A stretch of 64,000 bases of DNA from Polyangiaceae bacterium (GTDB taxonomy: Bacteria; Myxococcota_A; Polyangia; Polyangiales; Polyangiaceae): NCBI GenBank assembly GCA_965222375.1, contig CBDCTZ010000014.1, positions 448,001 to 512,000 on the forward strand, given 5' to 3'. This document shows, piece after piece, positions 63,009 through 64,000 of the stretch; the first letter of the stretch is position 1; every line of letters starts with the position of its first letter. The notes under the pieces were generated by a model. It was not told the origin of the DNA and did no database searches. It was given only the letters and a program-made list of their open reading frames with translations. The position numbers and the translations under genes were made by a program.

Positions 63009-63174
63009 CGCCCGAGCGCCGGTCCAGGGATGCGACCCCCAAACCTACCGAAGGACCCGGTGAGCCACTGCCGCGAGCAGCGCGGAATCGAGCGGGCGGA
63101 TCGAATCGCAGGTGGCTTGCCGGCAGCCGCTGGCCTCGAGGCTAAGGTCGGGTCAACTGGACCAGGGCTGGGCG
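63009..63174 (+). ncRNA. Candidate structured ncRNA (long rod with central bubble)
   Basis: Nested helices ggtccag/ctggacc, gaccc/gggtc, acct/aggt and ccggtgagccac/gtggcttgccgg (two G-U pairs). Confidence 0.4.
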
Positions 63175-63251
63175 AAATCCGCGCTTTGGCTGCTGAGATT
63201 GACCAATGCCGCTTGACACCTGCTGAGAAAATGAAAGCTTCTCGCTCCTTC

Positions 63252-63323
63252 GGCGCGGTAGCCAAGTGGTTAGGCAACGGTTTGCAAAACCGTCATACGT
63301 CGGTTCGAATCCGATCCGCGCCT
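63252..63323 (+). tRNA. tRNA-Cys(GCA)
   Basis: Acceptor GGCGCGG/CCGCGCC, anticodon arm ACGGT-TTGCAAA-ACCGT, T arm GGTTCGAATCC, U discriminator; CCA not encoded. Confidence 0.97.
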
Positions 63324-63328
63324 CCCTC

Positions 63329-63958
63329 GTGGTTCGACCTTATTTCGTAGGAGTTGCCGGGGGTACCGGTTCCGGCAAGACGACGGTCGCTCGAGCAATC
63401 GCGAAGGGCTTGCCCGATGGCACGGCTACTTTGATCGAGCACGATGCCTACTATCGTGATCGCCCGGATCTGACCTACGAGCAGCGCCGCCAACTCAACT
63501 TTGACCATCCAGATGCGCTCGAGACGCAATTGCTGATCGAGCACATCAACAAGTTGCGCGGCGGTGACGCCGTGGAACTGCCCATCTACGATTTCGCTAC
63601 CCATCGCCGGAGCGACGAGCGCCGCCGCGTGGATGCACAGCCGGTGGTGGTCGTGGAGGGCATCTTGGTGTTTGCCGACGAGCGGCTGCGCTCTCACTTC
63701 GATCTCAAGGTGTTCGTGGACACTGACGCGGACATTCGCGTATTCCGGCGCATTCGGCGCGACATCGAGCAGCGCGGTCGTACCTTCGCCTCGGTTCGCG
63801 AGCAGTACTACTCGACTGTGCGCCCGATGCACTTGCAGTTCGTCGAGCCGAGCAAGCGCTGGGCGGACGTGATCGTGCCCGAGGGTGGTGAAAACCGTGT
63901 TGCCGTGGGGTTGCTATTGTCGAAGCTGCGAGACGTCGTGGAACAAGGCTCGAGCTAG
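63329..63958 (+). CDS. udk: Uridine kinase
   Basis: GVAGGTGSGKTT, HDAYY, NFDHPDA, VEGILV, RRIRRDI..RGR, PMHLQFVEPSKRWADVIVP. Confidence 0.96.
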   Translation: MVRPYFVGVAGGTGSGKTTVARAIAKGLPDGTATLIEHDAYYRDRPDLTYEQRRQLNFDHPDALETQLLIEHINKLRGGDAVELPIYDFATHRRSDERRRVDAQPVVVVEGILVFADERLRSHFDLKVFVDTDADIRVFRRIRRDIEQRGRTFASVREQYYSTVRPMHLQFVEPSKRWADVIVPEGGENRVAVGLLLSKLRDVVEQGSS

Positions 63959-64000
63959 CGCACGCGCTCGAGGCTCAGTAGAGCGAGTGGGGGTGCACCG

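Noticed and set aside
63252..63323. tRNA-Cys as an island integration site
   Set aside because: No integrase and no duplicated tRNA 3' end seen in the window; it is followed by a core gene.
63266..63328. ORF-track N-terminal extension of udk
   Set aside because: It overlaps the tRNA-Cys gene.

Overview
High-GC bacterial chromosome segment. By inference it comes from a myxobacterium (Myxococcota, Polyangia-like), judged from many Gly-rich lipoproteins, MYXO-CTERM-like tails, Ser/Thr kinases, an FHA-sigma54 activator and TSP3/Cys-rich surface proteins. About 50 CDS are supportable. Core genes (uppP, manC, uvrB, argC, rpsI, rplM, tRNA-Cys, udk) cluster in the right third; accessory surface and secreted genes dominate about 6-39 kb. 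Main findings: (1) a self-contained sigma54 regulon at 13.5-21.5 kb, where three -24/-12 promoters each carry the same 21-bp tandem-palindromic upstream site around a membrane kinase and FHA-activator pair; (2) a candidate phase-variable locus, where (CGCA)8 sits in the signal-peptide region of a ~1230-aa TSP3 lipoprotein gene, currently out of frame and restorable by 6 or 9 units; this gene is coupled to a partner lipoprotein, lies next to an MNT-HEPN module and is bracketed by diverged direct repeats; (3) a candidate rod-shaped ncRNA upstream of tRNA-Cys, a MITE/REP-like element, and unusual domain fusions (MFS with a PDZ-like insert; papain protease with LGFP-like repeats). Two other genes carry single-base frameshifts, so assembly indel error is possible and must be excluded. 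All calls are by eye from motifs; no database searches were run.
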